Below, in pieces: positions 46,096-58,500 of a stretch of DNA of 64,000 nucleotides. The stretch is from Camelus ferus. Its lineage: Eukaryota. Numbering within the stretch: the first letter of the stretch is position 1; every line of letters begins with the position of its first letter. Made by a program: the position numbers and the translations under genes. Location: the NCBI RefSeq assembly GCF_009834535.1, contig NC_045704.1:9176001-9240000 (forward strand), in the 5' to 3' direction. The notes beneath the pieces were generated by a model. That model saw nothing but the letters and a program-made list of their open reading frames with translations. It searched no databases and had not been told where the DNA came from.

Positions 46096-47769
46096 ATGGA
46101 TCCGCAGCCCCCTCCGCCAGCCCAGGGCAGCCCACCTCACCGTGGCCGGGGCCGTGGCCGGGGCCGAGGCCGTGGCAGAGGCCGCGGCCGTGGCAGGGGG
46201 GGCGCCGGAGCTCCGCGGGCGCCCCTGCCCTGCCCCACCTGTGGCCGCCTCTTCCGCTTCCCCTACTACCTCTCCCGGCACCGGCTGAGCCACTCGGGCC
46301 TGCGGCCCCACGCCTGCCCCCTGTGTCCCAAGGCCTTCCGCCGGCCTGCCCACCTCTCGCGCCACCTGCGTGGCCACGGGCCGCAGCCCCCGCTGCGCTG
46401 CGCCGCCTGTCCCCGCACCTTCCCTGAGCCCGCCCAGCTCAGGCGCCACCTGGCCCAGGAGCACGCAGGCGGCGGGGTCGAGCTGGCCATCGAGAGGGCA
46501 GCCAAGGAGGCGGCCGAGTCCGGCTGGGGCCCGCCGCAGGACAAGGGCGCCGAGCAGCCCGCCGCCGCGGGAGCCACTGAGGAGGAGGCGTCGCGGCCCG
46601 ATGCGTGGTCCGCGGGGGAGCCGGCCACGCTGGCGGCCGCCACGGGCGTGGAGCCCCGCGAGTCGGAGGAGGAGGAGGCCGAGGCCGGAGCGGCCGAGCT
46701 GAGGGCCGAGCTGGCGCTGGCGGCCGGGCGGCAGGAAGAGAAGCAGGTCCTGCTCCAGGCCGACTGGACGCTGCTGTGTCTCCGCTGCCGCGAAGCCTTC
46801 GCCACCAAGGGCGAGCTCAAAGCGCACCCGTGTCTGCGCCCCGAGGGCGAACAGGAGGGCGAAGGGGGGCCCCCGCCCCGCCCCAAGCGCCACCAGTGCT
46901 CCATCTGCCTCAAGGCCTTCGCCAGGCCCTGGTCGCTGTCCCGCCATCGGCTGGTCCACTCCACCGACCGCCCCTTCGTGTGCACGGACTGCGGCCTGGC
47001 CTTCCGCCTGGCCTCCTACCTCCGCCAGCACCGCCGCGTGCACGGCGCCCTCAGCCTCCTGGCCCCGCTGCCAGGCAAGAAGGACGACAAGGCATCAGGC
47101 GGCCGGAACTCAGGGAAAGGGCCCGAGGGGGGCGAAGGGGCGGAGCGCGGGGGCGCCTCCGAGGGTGGGGAAGGCGGGCAGAACGGAGGGGATGCCGCCC
47201 CGGCCCGGCCCCCCGCCGGGGAGCCCCGCTTCTGGTGCCCCGAGTGCGGCAAAGGTTTCCGGCGCCGGGCGCACCTGCGGCAGCACGGGGTGACCCACTC
47301 GGGGGCGCGCCCCTTCCAGTGCGTGCGATGCCAGAGGGAGTTCAAGCGGCTGGCTGACCTGGCCCGCCACGCGCAGGTCCACGCGGGGGGCCCGGCCCCG
47401 CACCCCTGCCCACACTGCTCGCGGCGCTTCTCGCGCGCCTACAGCCTCCTGCGCCACCAACGCTGCCACCGCGCCGAGCTGGAGAGGGCCGCCGCCGCGC
47501 AGCAGGCCCTCCAGGCCCAGGCCCCGCCGTCGCCCCCGCCGCCCCCGCCGCCCCCGGCCGGCCAAGAGGAGGAAGGGCTCCCGCTGCCTATCGCACGCAT
47601 CAAGGAAGAGCCGCCCTCCCCGGGAACCCCACCCCAGTCGCCGCCGGCTCCCCCTGTCTTCCTCAGCGCCTCCTGTTTCGACAGTCAAGACCACTCAGCC
47701 TTCGAGATGGAGGAAGAAGAGATTGACAGCAAGGCTCACCTGCGCGGATTGGGCGGCCTGGCCTCCTGA
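46096..47769 (+). CDS. ZNF579: ZNF579, single coding exon, 557 aa; N-terminal RG repeat and C2H2 fingers
   Basis: Intact ORF MDPQPPPPAQGSPPHRGRGRG..CPTCGRLFRFPYYLSRH ... KAHLRGLGGLAS*. Confidence 0.96.
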   Translation: MDPQPPPPAQGSPPHRGRGRGRGRGRGRGRGRGRGGAGAPRAPLPCPTCGRLFRFPYYLSRHRLSHSGLRPHACPLCPKAFRRPAHLSRHLRGHGPQPPLRCAACPRTFPEPAQLRRHLAQEHAGGGVELAIERAAKEAAESGWGPPQDKGAEQPAAAGATEEEASRPDAWSAGEPATLAAATGVEPRESEEEEAEAGAAELRAELALAAGRQEEKQVLLQADWTLLCLRCREAFATKGELKAHPCLRPEGEQEGEGGPPPRPKRHQCSICLKAFARPWSLSRHRLVHSTDRPFVCTDCGLAFRLASYLRQHRRVHGALSLLAPLPGKKDDKASGGRNSGKGPEGGEGAERGGASEGGEGGQNGGDAAPARPPAGEPRFWCPECGKGFRRRAHLRQHGVTHSGARPFQCVRCQREFKRLADLARHAQVHAGGPAPHPCPHCSRRFSRAYSLLRHQRCHRAELERAAAAQQALQAQAPPSPPPPPPPPAGQEEEGLPLPIARIKEEPPSPGTPPQSPPAPPVFLSASCFDSQDHSAFEMEEEEIDSKAHLRGLGGLAS

Positions 47770-48174
47770 CCCTCACACCCACTCTCAGCACCTCCGTTTG
47801 ACTCCCCGGTTTGCAATATGGAGAGGGGAAGTTGAAGGAGAGGCACCTCTTCTGTGTACCCACCCCTACCCTCCCAGCCCTCTACACTAAGGCGGGGGGT
47901 GGGGGCGGGGGCCTGGACTGCCCCTCCCTCCCCATCACCCACCCCCAGGCCCCCTGATGCTGGTTGGAAACTGCTCACCCCAACACATGTCTGAAGACAG
48001 GACGACAATTCAGAAAATAAGGTGGAGGACATTGGCAAGAGGGATGGAGACTGAGGGGGACCCCCAGGCTGGCTGTCCCCCAATATACACACTGGACACC
48101 ATCACCTCTTTGGAACTGCCAGACCCTGGGGGCCCCAGTGAGCAAAGGTCTGTCCCTGTCCCTTTGTCTGTCTG

Positions 48175-48180
48175 AATAAA
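48175..48180 (+). terminator. ZNF579: Probable ZNF579 polyadenylation signal (AATAAA)
   Basis: AATAAA about 405 nt past the stop. Confidence 0.7.
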
Positions 48181-50944
48181 TGTGAGTTCGTGGAACCCAA
48201 GAGAGTGAGGCTGTCTGTGGGGGCGAGGGCTGGCTAAGGGGGAGCAGGGAATTGTCCCACAGGCTCTGACCTGGGGTTCAGAGCAGGAAGGATGCAGATA
48301 CCTACATCAGGGAATACGGGGTCCTCAGCCAAGCAAGAAACTCATGAGAAGAAACAAGGGTGGGAGAAAAGTTACCATCACCATCTGCCCGGGGCATTTC
48401 CAGGGATCCCCGCGGCCCTCCTGTGGGATCGCCGTGTGCATTCATTCATCAGACATTTACCTGGCACCATGCTATGCCCTGGGGATGCCGAGAAGAAGAA
48501 AGCCACTCTAAGGAGCTGGAATTGTGGATCCGTACAGCCTCATACGGTTTGCCATAAGCCACGGGGGAGGGGTTTCCATCTAAATTGAGAACCAGTACAT
48601 ACACTGAAAATAAAAGAATTAAAATTGAAGGAGAGTAAAAATTCAGATCCTCGGTCACTCTTTCAAGGGCCCGATATGCCCCTGTAATGGGTGGCTACCC
48701 TATTGGACCGCACCGATCTAGAACATTCCACATCACAAAAAGTCCCCCTGGACCACGCTGCCCTAGATAATAAACCAATCCGCAATGTGACGTCAGGTAT
48801 TGATAAGGGCTCCCAAGAAAACCACCCAGCGTGGCGATGATGCAGCCCGTTGGGAGGGCAGGGCCTCTGGTGAGATGACATTTGACCTTTTGACCTGAAC
48901 GAAGAACCAGGCAGAGGGAGAGAAGAGCGCGGGCAAAGGCTGTGTGTGAGGTGTGTGGGTGTTACATGTTTGAGAAACTACAAGGAATTGGGGGTGGGGT
49001 GGGAAGCATCACTTTTCCACAGATCCTCCAGGTGTTCTGTTCTGCTGTTTACTCCTTTGGTTGGGTCCTCGTAGTGGCGAGCAGGCAGGACGTCTCCAAG
49101 CCAACCCTCCTTAAACCCCATCCCTTCCTTCCTACTGGCACCTTGCCCTCGCCCCGTGCTTGTCAACGGCTCTTGCTGTACACACACAACGACACTGACT
49201 ACTCAGGTATCTTCCCGCCTGTAAGGCCAGGTGAGAGAGGGGCGAGGTCGTGCTTGTCTTCCAGGGCAGAAAACGAGGCCCTGAGGCTCCAGGAGGGAAG
49301 GTTGCTCCCCTGGTGTGATGAAAACACCAGGCAGGCGGAGGGCGGGAGGGAAGCTGGAACAGCGCTGGCTGAGAGTCATGGAGGGGAGGTGATGACCAGC
49401 CAGAGCTTTGCAGAATTCCCTCCGTCTGAGACTTAACACATCTTAGCTGAGCCCTTGTGACATTGCCTGGCATGGAGCATGCACTCGGTGAGTCCTAGCC
49501 TGTTTGATTATTCCTGTGTTCACTACCCAGTGCTAGATGTCGGTGGAGAGAGTGCTGAGAGACCAGCTGAGCACCTGCCCTCGTGAAGCTTACAGACCAG
49601 TGAGGACCAGTTGTCTATTGACAACAATCAAATGTTGCCAAAAATAAATTAAGATTTCCAAATGAGGCCAGTTTCCCCAGTGTTCTAGATCCTACTAGAA
49701 ACTGTAACTAAACCTCAGGTGTTGGGGAGAATGGGAAGCTGGGGTATCCTCTCCTTACATGCAAGTCACCTCCCTCCCCAGGAACCTTCAGTGGCTCCCT
49801 AGTACCGCATCTGAAGGTGGACCAGACACCTTCAGCACAATCTCATGGACAAAACTCACTGAAGGAGGTGGTTATATAGCCCCATTTACAGAAGGGGCAA
49901 ACTGAGGATTAAAGCTATGAAGTCCCTTGTCTTACTTCTGTGACCTCTACCACGAATGGAGCACTTCGTATTAAAGGGTTACTTTGTGGAAAGGGCTGAA
50001 GTCAATAGTTGGCACCTGGGAGGAAGTCACTGATGTCATTGCTTGGTTATTATTATTCTCCCAGGTGGGTAGAGATGTGATCTCAGGGAACCCTAGTTCC
50101 CTACTGGGAACTAGCAAACATCCTCACCATCTTCCAGAGCCAGAAACAGTGCTCAGAGCAGAAGTCTCTTGCCCAAGAACCCACAGCTAGAAAATGATAG
50201 ACGAGGGATTCGAACCCAGGCAGGAGCAACTCCATGGCCTGAACCCTACACCAGGACCATATGACCTTCACAATCAGCCCCCAGCCACAGAAGCCACCTT
50301 TCAGGGCCCCTCCCTACACACATCCTGCTCTCCAAGCCCCAAGGCATCCTCCCCTCCAGACTACTGGCATCCGTCCCCGACCCCCATGCTCACTCATCAT
50401 TAAGGATCTGCTACATCCAAAGAAAAACATTCCTAGAACAAAACACAGACCCTACAGCAAGAAAACAGCCTTGGAGATTCAACCCAGTTCTCTCATTCTG
50501 CAGATGAGAATACTTTATATTTTTGTTGCTATTATAAATGGTACCAGGAATACATTTAACAAAAAATGTGCATTCCCTTTATGGAGACTATTTGAAAAGT
50601 GTGCTGAAAGATGTTAGCAATCACCTAAATAAATTCAAAGAAATACTGAAAAAACCGCCCACCTACGAGGGACAGATGTAGGTAATGATAACATAACCCA
50701 ACAATTGTTATTGTTAGGATGTAACAGAAGTGCTGTTTGTGAGTTGAACCCTACTGCTGGTCTCTCCCCGCGCTGAGCATTTCACACAGAAGATCTCCAT
50801 CACGTTTGTTCATGAAAATACAGAGGACGCTTCTTGAGTATTCACCCTCTGTCTCCTCCTAAGGGGATTCGCCTGGATGAGCCCACTTGGTCGTCGCAAC
50901 GGCACCCTTAGATAGGCACTATCATTGGGCTCTGTTTTCCCTCC

Positions 50945-51560
50945 TTAAGAAGCTTTGCTGAGGTATCACGTACACACCACACAATTCACTCATTTTGTGT
51001 CCCATTCAATGATTTTTAGTAAGTTCACAGGATTCTGCAACTGTGGCCACAATTCAGTTTTAGAACATTTCCATCACCCCAGAAAGACCCCATTTATAGT
51101 CACTCCCATTTCACACCCCAGGTCCAGGCAACCACTGAAGAACTTTCTATCTCTATAGATTTGCCTTTTCTGGACATTTCACGTCCCTGGATCGTACAAT
51201 ATGTGGCCTTTCATCTCTGGCTCCTTTCACTTAACATAATGTCCTCAAATTCCATCCATGTTGTAAATTGTATCAGCATGTCATTACTTTTTATGGCTGA
51301 ATAATATTCCATTGCATGGCTAGACCACATTTTGTGTGTCCAATCATCCATGGATGGGCGTTTGGGTTGTATCCACTCTTTCGTTGTTATAAAAAAGGCT
51401 GCTATGAACATGTGTGTACAAGTCTTCCTGTGGGTGTACGTTTTGGTTTTTCTTGGGCAGATTTTCAGGAGCAGAATTGCTGGTGTGTGTGCAGAGTTGA
51501 TAATGAACTTTTTAAGAAAGTGCCAGACTATTTCCCACTTACAGTCCCACCAGTGACACA
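50945..51560 (-). mobile_element. L1M 3' fragment
   Basis: tttagaacatttccatcacccc...ggctcctttcacttaacataatg...ttttaagaaagtgccagacta. Confidence 0.88.
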
Positions 51561-52105
51561 TGAGGGTTCCCCCAGGGGTCTCCATTCTCCTGAGAAGGAG
51601 ACTCAAGTACAGTGATCTGAACTGACTTGCCCATGGTCACACTGCTCATGAGTAGCAGATCCAGATATGATCCCAGGCACTGTGGTCCCAAATCCTTAAG
51701 CAAGGATTCACCCTCACCTTGTTCATTCATTCATTCATCCTCAACTCTTTATTGAGCCCCCTGTGCTTAGAGGGAGGAAAAACATCAGTAGACAGATAAA
51801 CATTCTGGTAGGAGATGCAGATAAACAAATATGCTCGGGACATGGATTCAGCAAATACTTAGATTAGGCTCCTACCCTGTGCTGGGCACCATCCACTGGC
51901 TAAATGAAACAGATGCAAACCCCTCCTCACGTGGGGCTTCCATTCCCGGGGGAGGAAACACAGCGAGTAAGTGACAGACGCGTGGTAGGAAGGAGGGAGG
52001 GGCTGAACTTCCCAGGAGGCCACAGCTGACGCAACGGTCCTGAGTGTGGGGCTGTGACTGGTGTGTGCAGGGAGCAGAGGCCTGCTGCCTGAGAGGGGGA
52101 GAAAT

Positions 52106-52264
52106 TTCTTTCTTAATTTTTTTGTTTTTAATGTCTTTGTGTGTGTGAGGGGGAGGTAATTAGGTTTTTATTTACTTTATTTTTAGTGGAGGTTCTGGGG
52201 AATTGAACCCAGGAGCTTGTGCATGCTAGGCACACGCCCTACCACTGAGCTATTATCCTCCCCC
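52106..52264 (-). mobile_element. tRNA-Ala-derived SINE (Vic-1-like)
   Basis: gggggaggtaattaggttt...tggaggttctggggaattgaacccagg...accactgagcta. Confidence 0.9.
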
Positions 52265-53704
52265 GGTTTTTCCGCCAAGTGAAATGCTGAGGGAGCCCCG
52301 GGGGGATTCGTGGAGAGGCTGGCACGGTTTGCTTCCCTTTTAACATTTTCTTAGGAGGATTTGAACACTTACAGCACTTGGAAAGCACTGCAGTGTGAAC
52401 ATCTCTAGACTCACACCCTAGAGGCTACAAGCAGCATTTTGCTGTATTTGCTTGGTTCTTTCTTCATAACAAACCTGCCCATCTAGACATCCTTTCGTCC
52501 TTCCATCCATCTATCCATCATCCATCTTTCTAAAAACGAATACAGTTTGCTACCTAGAGCAGTTTTGGGTTCACTGAAAAATTGAGCCAAAATTCCAGAC
52601 GGTCTCTATACATCTATCCTTCAAAAATTTGTTTTAAAGCAATTTGCAAACACTAGTCCACATCACCCCTAAACACTTCAGCATGCATACCAAAACAAGA
52701 GATCAAATATTTCTCTGAGCTTCTTGTCCTTGGTCACATTGAAACACAGTGAATTGCCTACCAGTTACGTGTCACCATTCGATACATTTTGAGAGATACG
52801 GACGCCTGAGGGGCACAAATTCCTCTCCTGACTGAAGAGATTTCTTCTGGTTTCTGTTTAGAGAACAGGCTGGTGGGAGTGGGAACAAAAGTCCTCTTAA
52901 GCCCACTGGTTTTCTTCTTAAATAACCCTTTTCTTTTGGAATCATTTCAGATGTGCAGAGAAGTTGCTCAGATAGCCCCCTGGACCTGACCCAGGTTCCC
53001 CTAATGTTATCACCTCCCTTGACCACAGGAAACCAAGAAACCAATATGGACAGATTGCTGCCAAGCAAACGCCACCCTTACTCAGATTTCAGTCATTCTC
53101 CCTAGTGTCCTTCGTAATGTCCAGGGTCCCACTTACCATATGACGTGCTTATGTCCTGCCTTCTGAACCTCCCACTGGCCTCTGACCATGCCTACGGCTT
53201 GCCTTGGTCTTCACAGTGGCCGTTTCGAGGAGTCCCTGGAAGAGAAATCATGCCTGCAGCGCGCCAGCCGCCGCATCCCCTCCCGGGCTGCGTGTGGTCC
53301 CCGGGACCGTCACGGGGGATGTTGACCTGCCTCACCTGGCGGGAGACCAGGCCTCGCCAGGTCTCCACGCTGTAAAGCGACCCCTCCCCCATTTCCAAAC
53401 TCTGCTCTTTGTCAACAAGTCACTAAGTGCAGCCCACGTGGAGGGGAGGGGGAGTAGGCGCCACCGCTGGCAGGGGACGTGTCCCGATGCATTTTGGCGG
53501 CATTCATCTGTCCCTTCGCCTTCCCCTGTTGATTTATTTATTCAGTTATTTATTCATACCTGTATGGATTCACAGGTGTTTTCTTTTACGATAGTCAAAC
53601 ACGTTATCTCCTATAAATAGTATATATATGCTAGTCCTGTGCGACCTTATTTATTGCATTGAAGCCTGGCTCTGTTTGCTGGCTGCTGTCAAGAGACAGT
53701 GAAG

Positions 53705-54112
53705 GAGGGTGTAGGGGGTCCTGGGTTCAATCCCCAGTACCTCCATTAAACATAAATAAACCTNNNNNNNNNNNNNNNNNNNNNNNNNNNNNNNNNNNNN
53801 NNNNNNNNNNNNNNNNNNNNNNNNNNNNNNNNNNNNNNNNNNNNNNNNNNNNNNNNNNNNNNNNNNNNNNNNNNNNNNNNNNNNNNNNNNNNNNNNNNNN
53901 NNNNNNNNNNNNNNNNNNNATAAGAAAGATAGAATAGAAAGAAGAAGCAAAGAAGAAAGAGATAGAAAAGCGAGAGGAAGGAGAAAGAGAAAGAAAAGAG
54001 AAAAAGAAGGAAAAGAAAGAGAAAAGAGAAAAAAGAGAGAAAGAACAGGAAGGACAGAGAAAGAAGGAAGGGAAAGGAAAAAAGAAAGAAGAAGAAGAAA
54101 AGAAAGAAAGGG
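53705..54112 (+). mobile_element. Internally deleted SINE, 156-N gap (53764-53919), then a GA-rich purine tract
   Basis: gagggtgtag joins directly to ggggtcctgggttcaatccccagtacctcca. agtgaag direct repeats at 53698 and 54113. Confidence 0.75.
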
Positions 54113-55039
54113 AGTGAAGCGGTTCTGCGGTACAAGCGGGGGCCTCTGGCAGCGGGCGATGGGGGAGGGGACTGCAGCCGGGAGACCCAGGAGGGCTCTT
54201 GAGGAGGAATAACTGGAGACGGCCCAGATGAACGAGGGAGCTGAGCATTGAGGGGCTCTGAGGCTCCAAGGGGACGGCCACCTGCCCGGGGCACAGCCAG
54301 AGCTGCGCCCTGCTTTCCCGGGCACCAGACACACGGCAGTTTCCACCCGCTGCTCGCGGCCCTGCGGGAGGGCCGCTTGGAATTCAGCCTCCGAGGCCAA
54401 ATCCCTGCAACCCCTTATCACTCCACGTCCAGCACGGCGCCTGGCACCGACTAGAGCTCCATAAATATTTGCTGCCACTCGCTCGGCTGCCCGAGCCCCA
54501 GCTGCCCTCCTGCCCTCCTCTGCCCTCCCCTGGAATCAGCCCTTTTATCTCAAGGAGGGAGGGGCCCGTTGGCGGACCCAGATGTGGAACCAAGGAAGTG
54601 ACCCACCCAAGGTCACCGGGAGGGGGGGGGCAGAGAATGAGAGAGAGAGGGGTGGGGGCCGTGGGGGAGCTGGGCCGTCTCCAGACTTCTGATAATAGGA
54701 GACTAAGTGTAGCTACCACTTATTATCTTGCCCATTGGCCGGTGTCAGGCACGCCACTCGCCTTGGACAGGCGATCCTCTTCGCCTGGAATGACCCCTCA
54801 GACCCCGCCCCCAGGAGCCTCGCCCTACATCCGTCTTTCTCTGTGGATCCCTTCTTGGTGGTAGAATTCTTTTTTTTTTTTTTTTAACTTTTAAAACAAC
54901 GTATTGAGTTGTACTGCTTTGCAGTTTGGTGACAAAGAGACATGGCCCATTACAAACGTGCAACTCAGCAACATTTTTAGTCAGCTGACCAAGCTGTTCC
55001 ACCATAAATCAGTTTTTGATGATTTCCATCATCCCAATA

Positions 55040-55541
55040 TTTGGCAGAATTCTAAGATGGCCCCCAAGAGCCCTGCTTCCTGGGTGAGCACACACCTCCG
55101 CCCAACTATTCAATAAGATGCGGATTCAGGTGCCGCCATGAAGGGTCATTGCAGCTGGAATTAAGGTTCCAAATCTCGGGTAGGAAGACAATCTTCCGTG
55201 GGCCTGGCCTAATGAGGTGACCCCCCCCAAAAGAGACGGGGCTCTTCCTGGAGAAAGAGACTCAGAGAATGAGGGGAGGTTCAAGACGGGAGAGATTTTT
55301 ATTGCTGGCTTTGAAGGCAGAGGGGACCCCATGACAGGGAATGTAGAGAGCCTCTTAAAACTGGATTCTGCCTGACAGCCAGCAAGGAAACAGGAACCTC
55401 CCAGTTTACCCCAAGCAGAGAACCCAGTTCTGCCTCCCTAGGCTCCTGACTCACAGGAACTGTGAGCTGACAGGCAGGTGCTGCTTTAAGCTGCTACATT
55501 TGTGCTGATTTGTTACTGAGCATACATCGAAAACAAATGCA
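55040..55541 (+). mobile_element. MaLR LTR (MLT1E/F-like)
   Basis: ggcagaattctaagatggcccccaag...ttgctggctttgaaggcagagg...gctttaagctgctacatttgtgctgatttgttac. Confidence 0.8.
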
Positions 55542-55629
55542 ATCTCTCTGTTTCGTTTCTTTTACTGGGCACTCACTGCCAAAGCAAGTTGGCTTCTTTA
55601 ATGATTTCATTGCTTCAGGTCCCTCCATC

Positions 55630-56060
55630 TGTACTGGTTGGCTGGGGATGCCCTAACAGAGGACCAAGAGCTGGCTTAAAACAACAGAGATGTATTGTCT
55701 CACAGCTCCAGAGGCTAGACGTCCAGGATCATGTGTCTGCAGGGCTGTGCCCCCACTGAAACCTGCAAGGGACTCCTCCCTTGCCTCCTCCCAGCCTCTG
55801 GGGGCTGGCCAGCAATCCTTGGCTTCCTTGGTTTCCTTGGTTGGTTAGATTCATCCCTTCCACCTCTTCCTTCATCGTCTCACGGTGTTCTCTCGGGTGT
55901 CTGTCTTCATGTGGCCACCTTACTGTAAGGACGCCAGCCATACTGGATCAGGGCTCACCTTCTCCAGTGTGACCTCCTTAAACTAACTACATCTGCAATG
56001 ACCCTATTTCCAAATGAGGCCACATTCTGAGGTGCCAGGGGTTAGGACTTCAGCCCATAA
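55630..56060 (-). mobile_element. MaLR LTR (MLT1C-like)
   Basis: ggcttaaaacaacagagatgtattgtctcacagctccagaggctag...atctgcaatgaccctatttccaaatgagg. Confidence 0.82.
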
Positions 56061-56165
56061 CACCATCCCTACCCACACGCATCATCTTCCAGGGTACAAC
56101 TCTAAAAAATTAAGTTTATTAATTAAAAAAAAAAACTAAAAAAACACAAATCAAGAAGGATGCTG

Positions 56166-56319
56166 ATGGGGAGGGAGGGTCTAGCTCAGTGGTAGAGCAC
56201 ATGCTTAGCATGCACGAGGTCCTGGGTTCGATCCCCAGTACCTCCTCTAAAAATAAATAAACCTAATTACTTTCCCCCACAAAACAAAAACATTTTTTTT
56301 AAGTTTAAAAAAATTAGAA
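56166..56319 (+). mobile_element. tRNA-Ala-derived SINE, least diverged copy, 13-bp TSD
   Basis: TSD aagaaggatgctg at 56153-56165 and 56320-56332; head 56175-56246 is near-identical to tRNA-Ala(AGC). Confidence 0.95.
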
Positions 56320-57713
56320 AAGAAGGATGCTGTTGGCTCTTCCATGATAATGGCTGAAAACCATTCTGTTACTACAGGAGGAAGGGAGCGTTAACTGACC
56401 TGGGGGTTCTAATACGTGATGCCACTGTGGCCTCTGGCTAGAATGTGTGCTCCCTGGGGGCAGGGATTTTTTTATAGCTTCACTGAGCTATATCATTCCC
56501 TTCTTCCACAATGTGCCTATTTAAAGTGTACAACTCAGAGGTTTTTGGGGTCATCACAGAGTTGTGTGAGCATCGCCATGATCGATTTCAGAACATCTCC
56601 ATCACCTCGCAAAGAAGCACCGCACCCCGTAGGTGTCGTCCCCAACCCCCTAAGCAGCCACTCATCACCTCCCTGTCTCAGATCTGGCTCTGACGGTGGG
56701 AGTTATCCACTTTGCTCTCTGATGTGTCCCACAGGACCTGCAACATTGCCTGATACCCGCCAGACTCCTCCTTGCCAGGGACAGAATCTACCTGCCTCAT
56801 CTCAGACCCCTGGAAACTGTGTGTAGCATTTGGATGGAAATGAGAAGTCAGTTTCCTGGACACACATCTGACCCCAGCTCCTGGCCCGCAGACACCTAGC
56901 ACAGCAGAGAGGCCCCCGGGGCATGAAGTGTGGAGCCTGACTGTCCCCGTTTGAGTCCCAACTCTGCCGCTGACCCCCAGCAGGACACTGGGCAAGAGAT
57001 TTAATCTCTGCGAGTCTCCCTTTCCTCAACTATAAAACAGAGCTAATAATAGGACCTACCTCTCCCCAGCCGCTGCGAGGATTAACACAGGGGATGGTAA
57101 TACACAGAGTTCAGTAAATACTGGCTATAATTATCGCTAATCACGCGGGATTTACGAAGCCCTTACACACGCCCTTCACTCGGCCGGCCGTCAGCCTCCT
57201 CGCCCCACACACATTTCCCGAGGAGAGGGAGAGAGGAATCCAGGGTGCCTCGGGGAACTGTGAGTCCTTTCTTGTGACTGGAGTGGCGGGTGAGATGGGG
57301 TGGGGCGGCAGATAAGGTGAAGCAAGGGCCAGCTCCCCTGGAGGGCTCAGAGGCCAGGCTGGGGAGCTTGGAGTCCTTCCCGAGGGCAATGGGGAACCAT
57401 GGGGTGGTACTGAGAAGTTGAGGGACACAGGTTATCTCTGAATGTTAGAAAGATGCCTTTGGGAGGGAGAGGGGCACACTCTGGGCAGAGACTAGAGGTG
57501 GGCAGGAGGCTGGGGTGATGGTCCCCATGGGACCGGGACAAGGAGAATGCCACAATTCTTAGCGCGTGGTCTCTAGACTTCTAGAGAGATCCAGCGGAGT
57601 CTGTAACCCTGCATGCTCTCTGCCAAATGGTGTGCTTCCATTTTGACAAAAGTAAAAAGAGAAAGAAGGTGCAAATCACTTTGACAATGTTTTTTGCCAC
57701 TCGATACAGTGTG

Positions 57714-58302
57714 CAGTCGATTCTCCTTAGTCACCGAACTGACGGCCTATGACATCCTGGGACACTGAATCACTGATACTGAGCCACTGTCCCTGGGGGG
57801 GACCATGGCGTTAGTTTCCTGCGAGACTTTGGTCACGATTTTTCTGTTCACAGATCAGTTCATAAGCTTGTTTTCTGTGTATTTCTGTTTCAAGAAATCT
57901 TGTCTAGTACATCTCATTGATTCTCTGACATTGGACTCACAGCCAACAACACTGTAGCTCACACCTGGAGCAAAGGTAGAACACACACATTTTCTCCTTA
58001 AGGCGCATCCCAGCCCCCTAACTGCTTGGGACACTAGACAGCACTTCTGTGCTATGTTCAAAACTGCCAAATCACCGACAAAAAGCACAATACTGAAAAA
58101 AGGACACTCTGAAAGCTGAAACAAGAAGGCACAGTGTCACCTCGGCCAACCTTAGCTGGGGACATGTGTCAAACTGCAACTGCTGGCCGCCCTGCGCATG
58201 CCTGTGAACGCACTTGGATAGTTAATTCTGGGGGGTTACAGACACGTTCGAGTGGGTAGGCGAATTTGCAAATACAGAATCTGCCCATGATGAGCCTGGC
58301 TG
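57714..58302 (-). mobile_element. Tigger-family (TcMar) non-autonomous DNA transposon
   Basis: Imperfect TIRs cagtcgattctc and gagcctggctg followed by TA. Minus-strand remnant GVSYSVVGCESNVRES..KQKYTENKLM resembles the Tigger HTH region. Confidence 0.78.
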
Positions 58303-58500
58303 TATATCCAAAACATTATCATGTCATCGTGTAATTAATATAAATATCACCAACGGATAGTTTACATTCTCTTTTTCGTGCTAAGTCTTTGAAATCCGGG
58401 GTCTATTTTGTACTCACAGCACATCTCAGTTTGGACCAGCCTCATTTCAAGTGCCAGCAAGCCACACAGACATGGCTAGTGGCTTTTGTATCAGACAGTG
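58303..58500. mobile_element. MER3/MER33-like hAT-Charlie fragment
   Basis: ctaagtctttgaaatccggggtctattttgtactcacagcacatctcagtttggaccagc...atggctagtggc. Confidence 0.7.

Noticed and set aside
53611-53620. Perfect MEF2 site CTATAAATAG
   Set aside because: Isolated, in AT-rich L1-like remnant sequence about 9 kb from the SBK3 ATG; no supporting motifs.
53651-54478. F/S/L-rich ORFs resembling membrane proteins
   Set aside because: Translation of the GA-rich tract plus an N gap.
56175-56246. Functional tRNA-Ala gene
   Set aside because: Stem mismatches, non-A discriminator, SINE tail and a 13-bp TSD show it is a retroposed SINE head.
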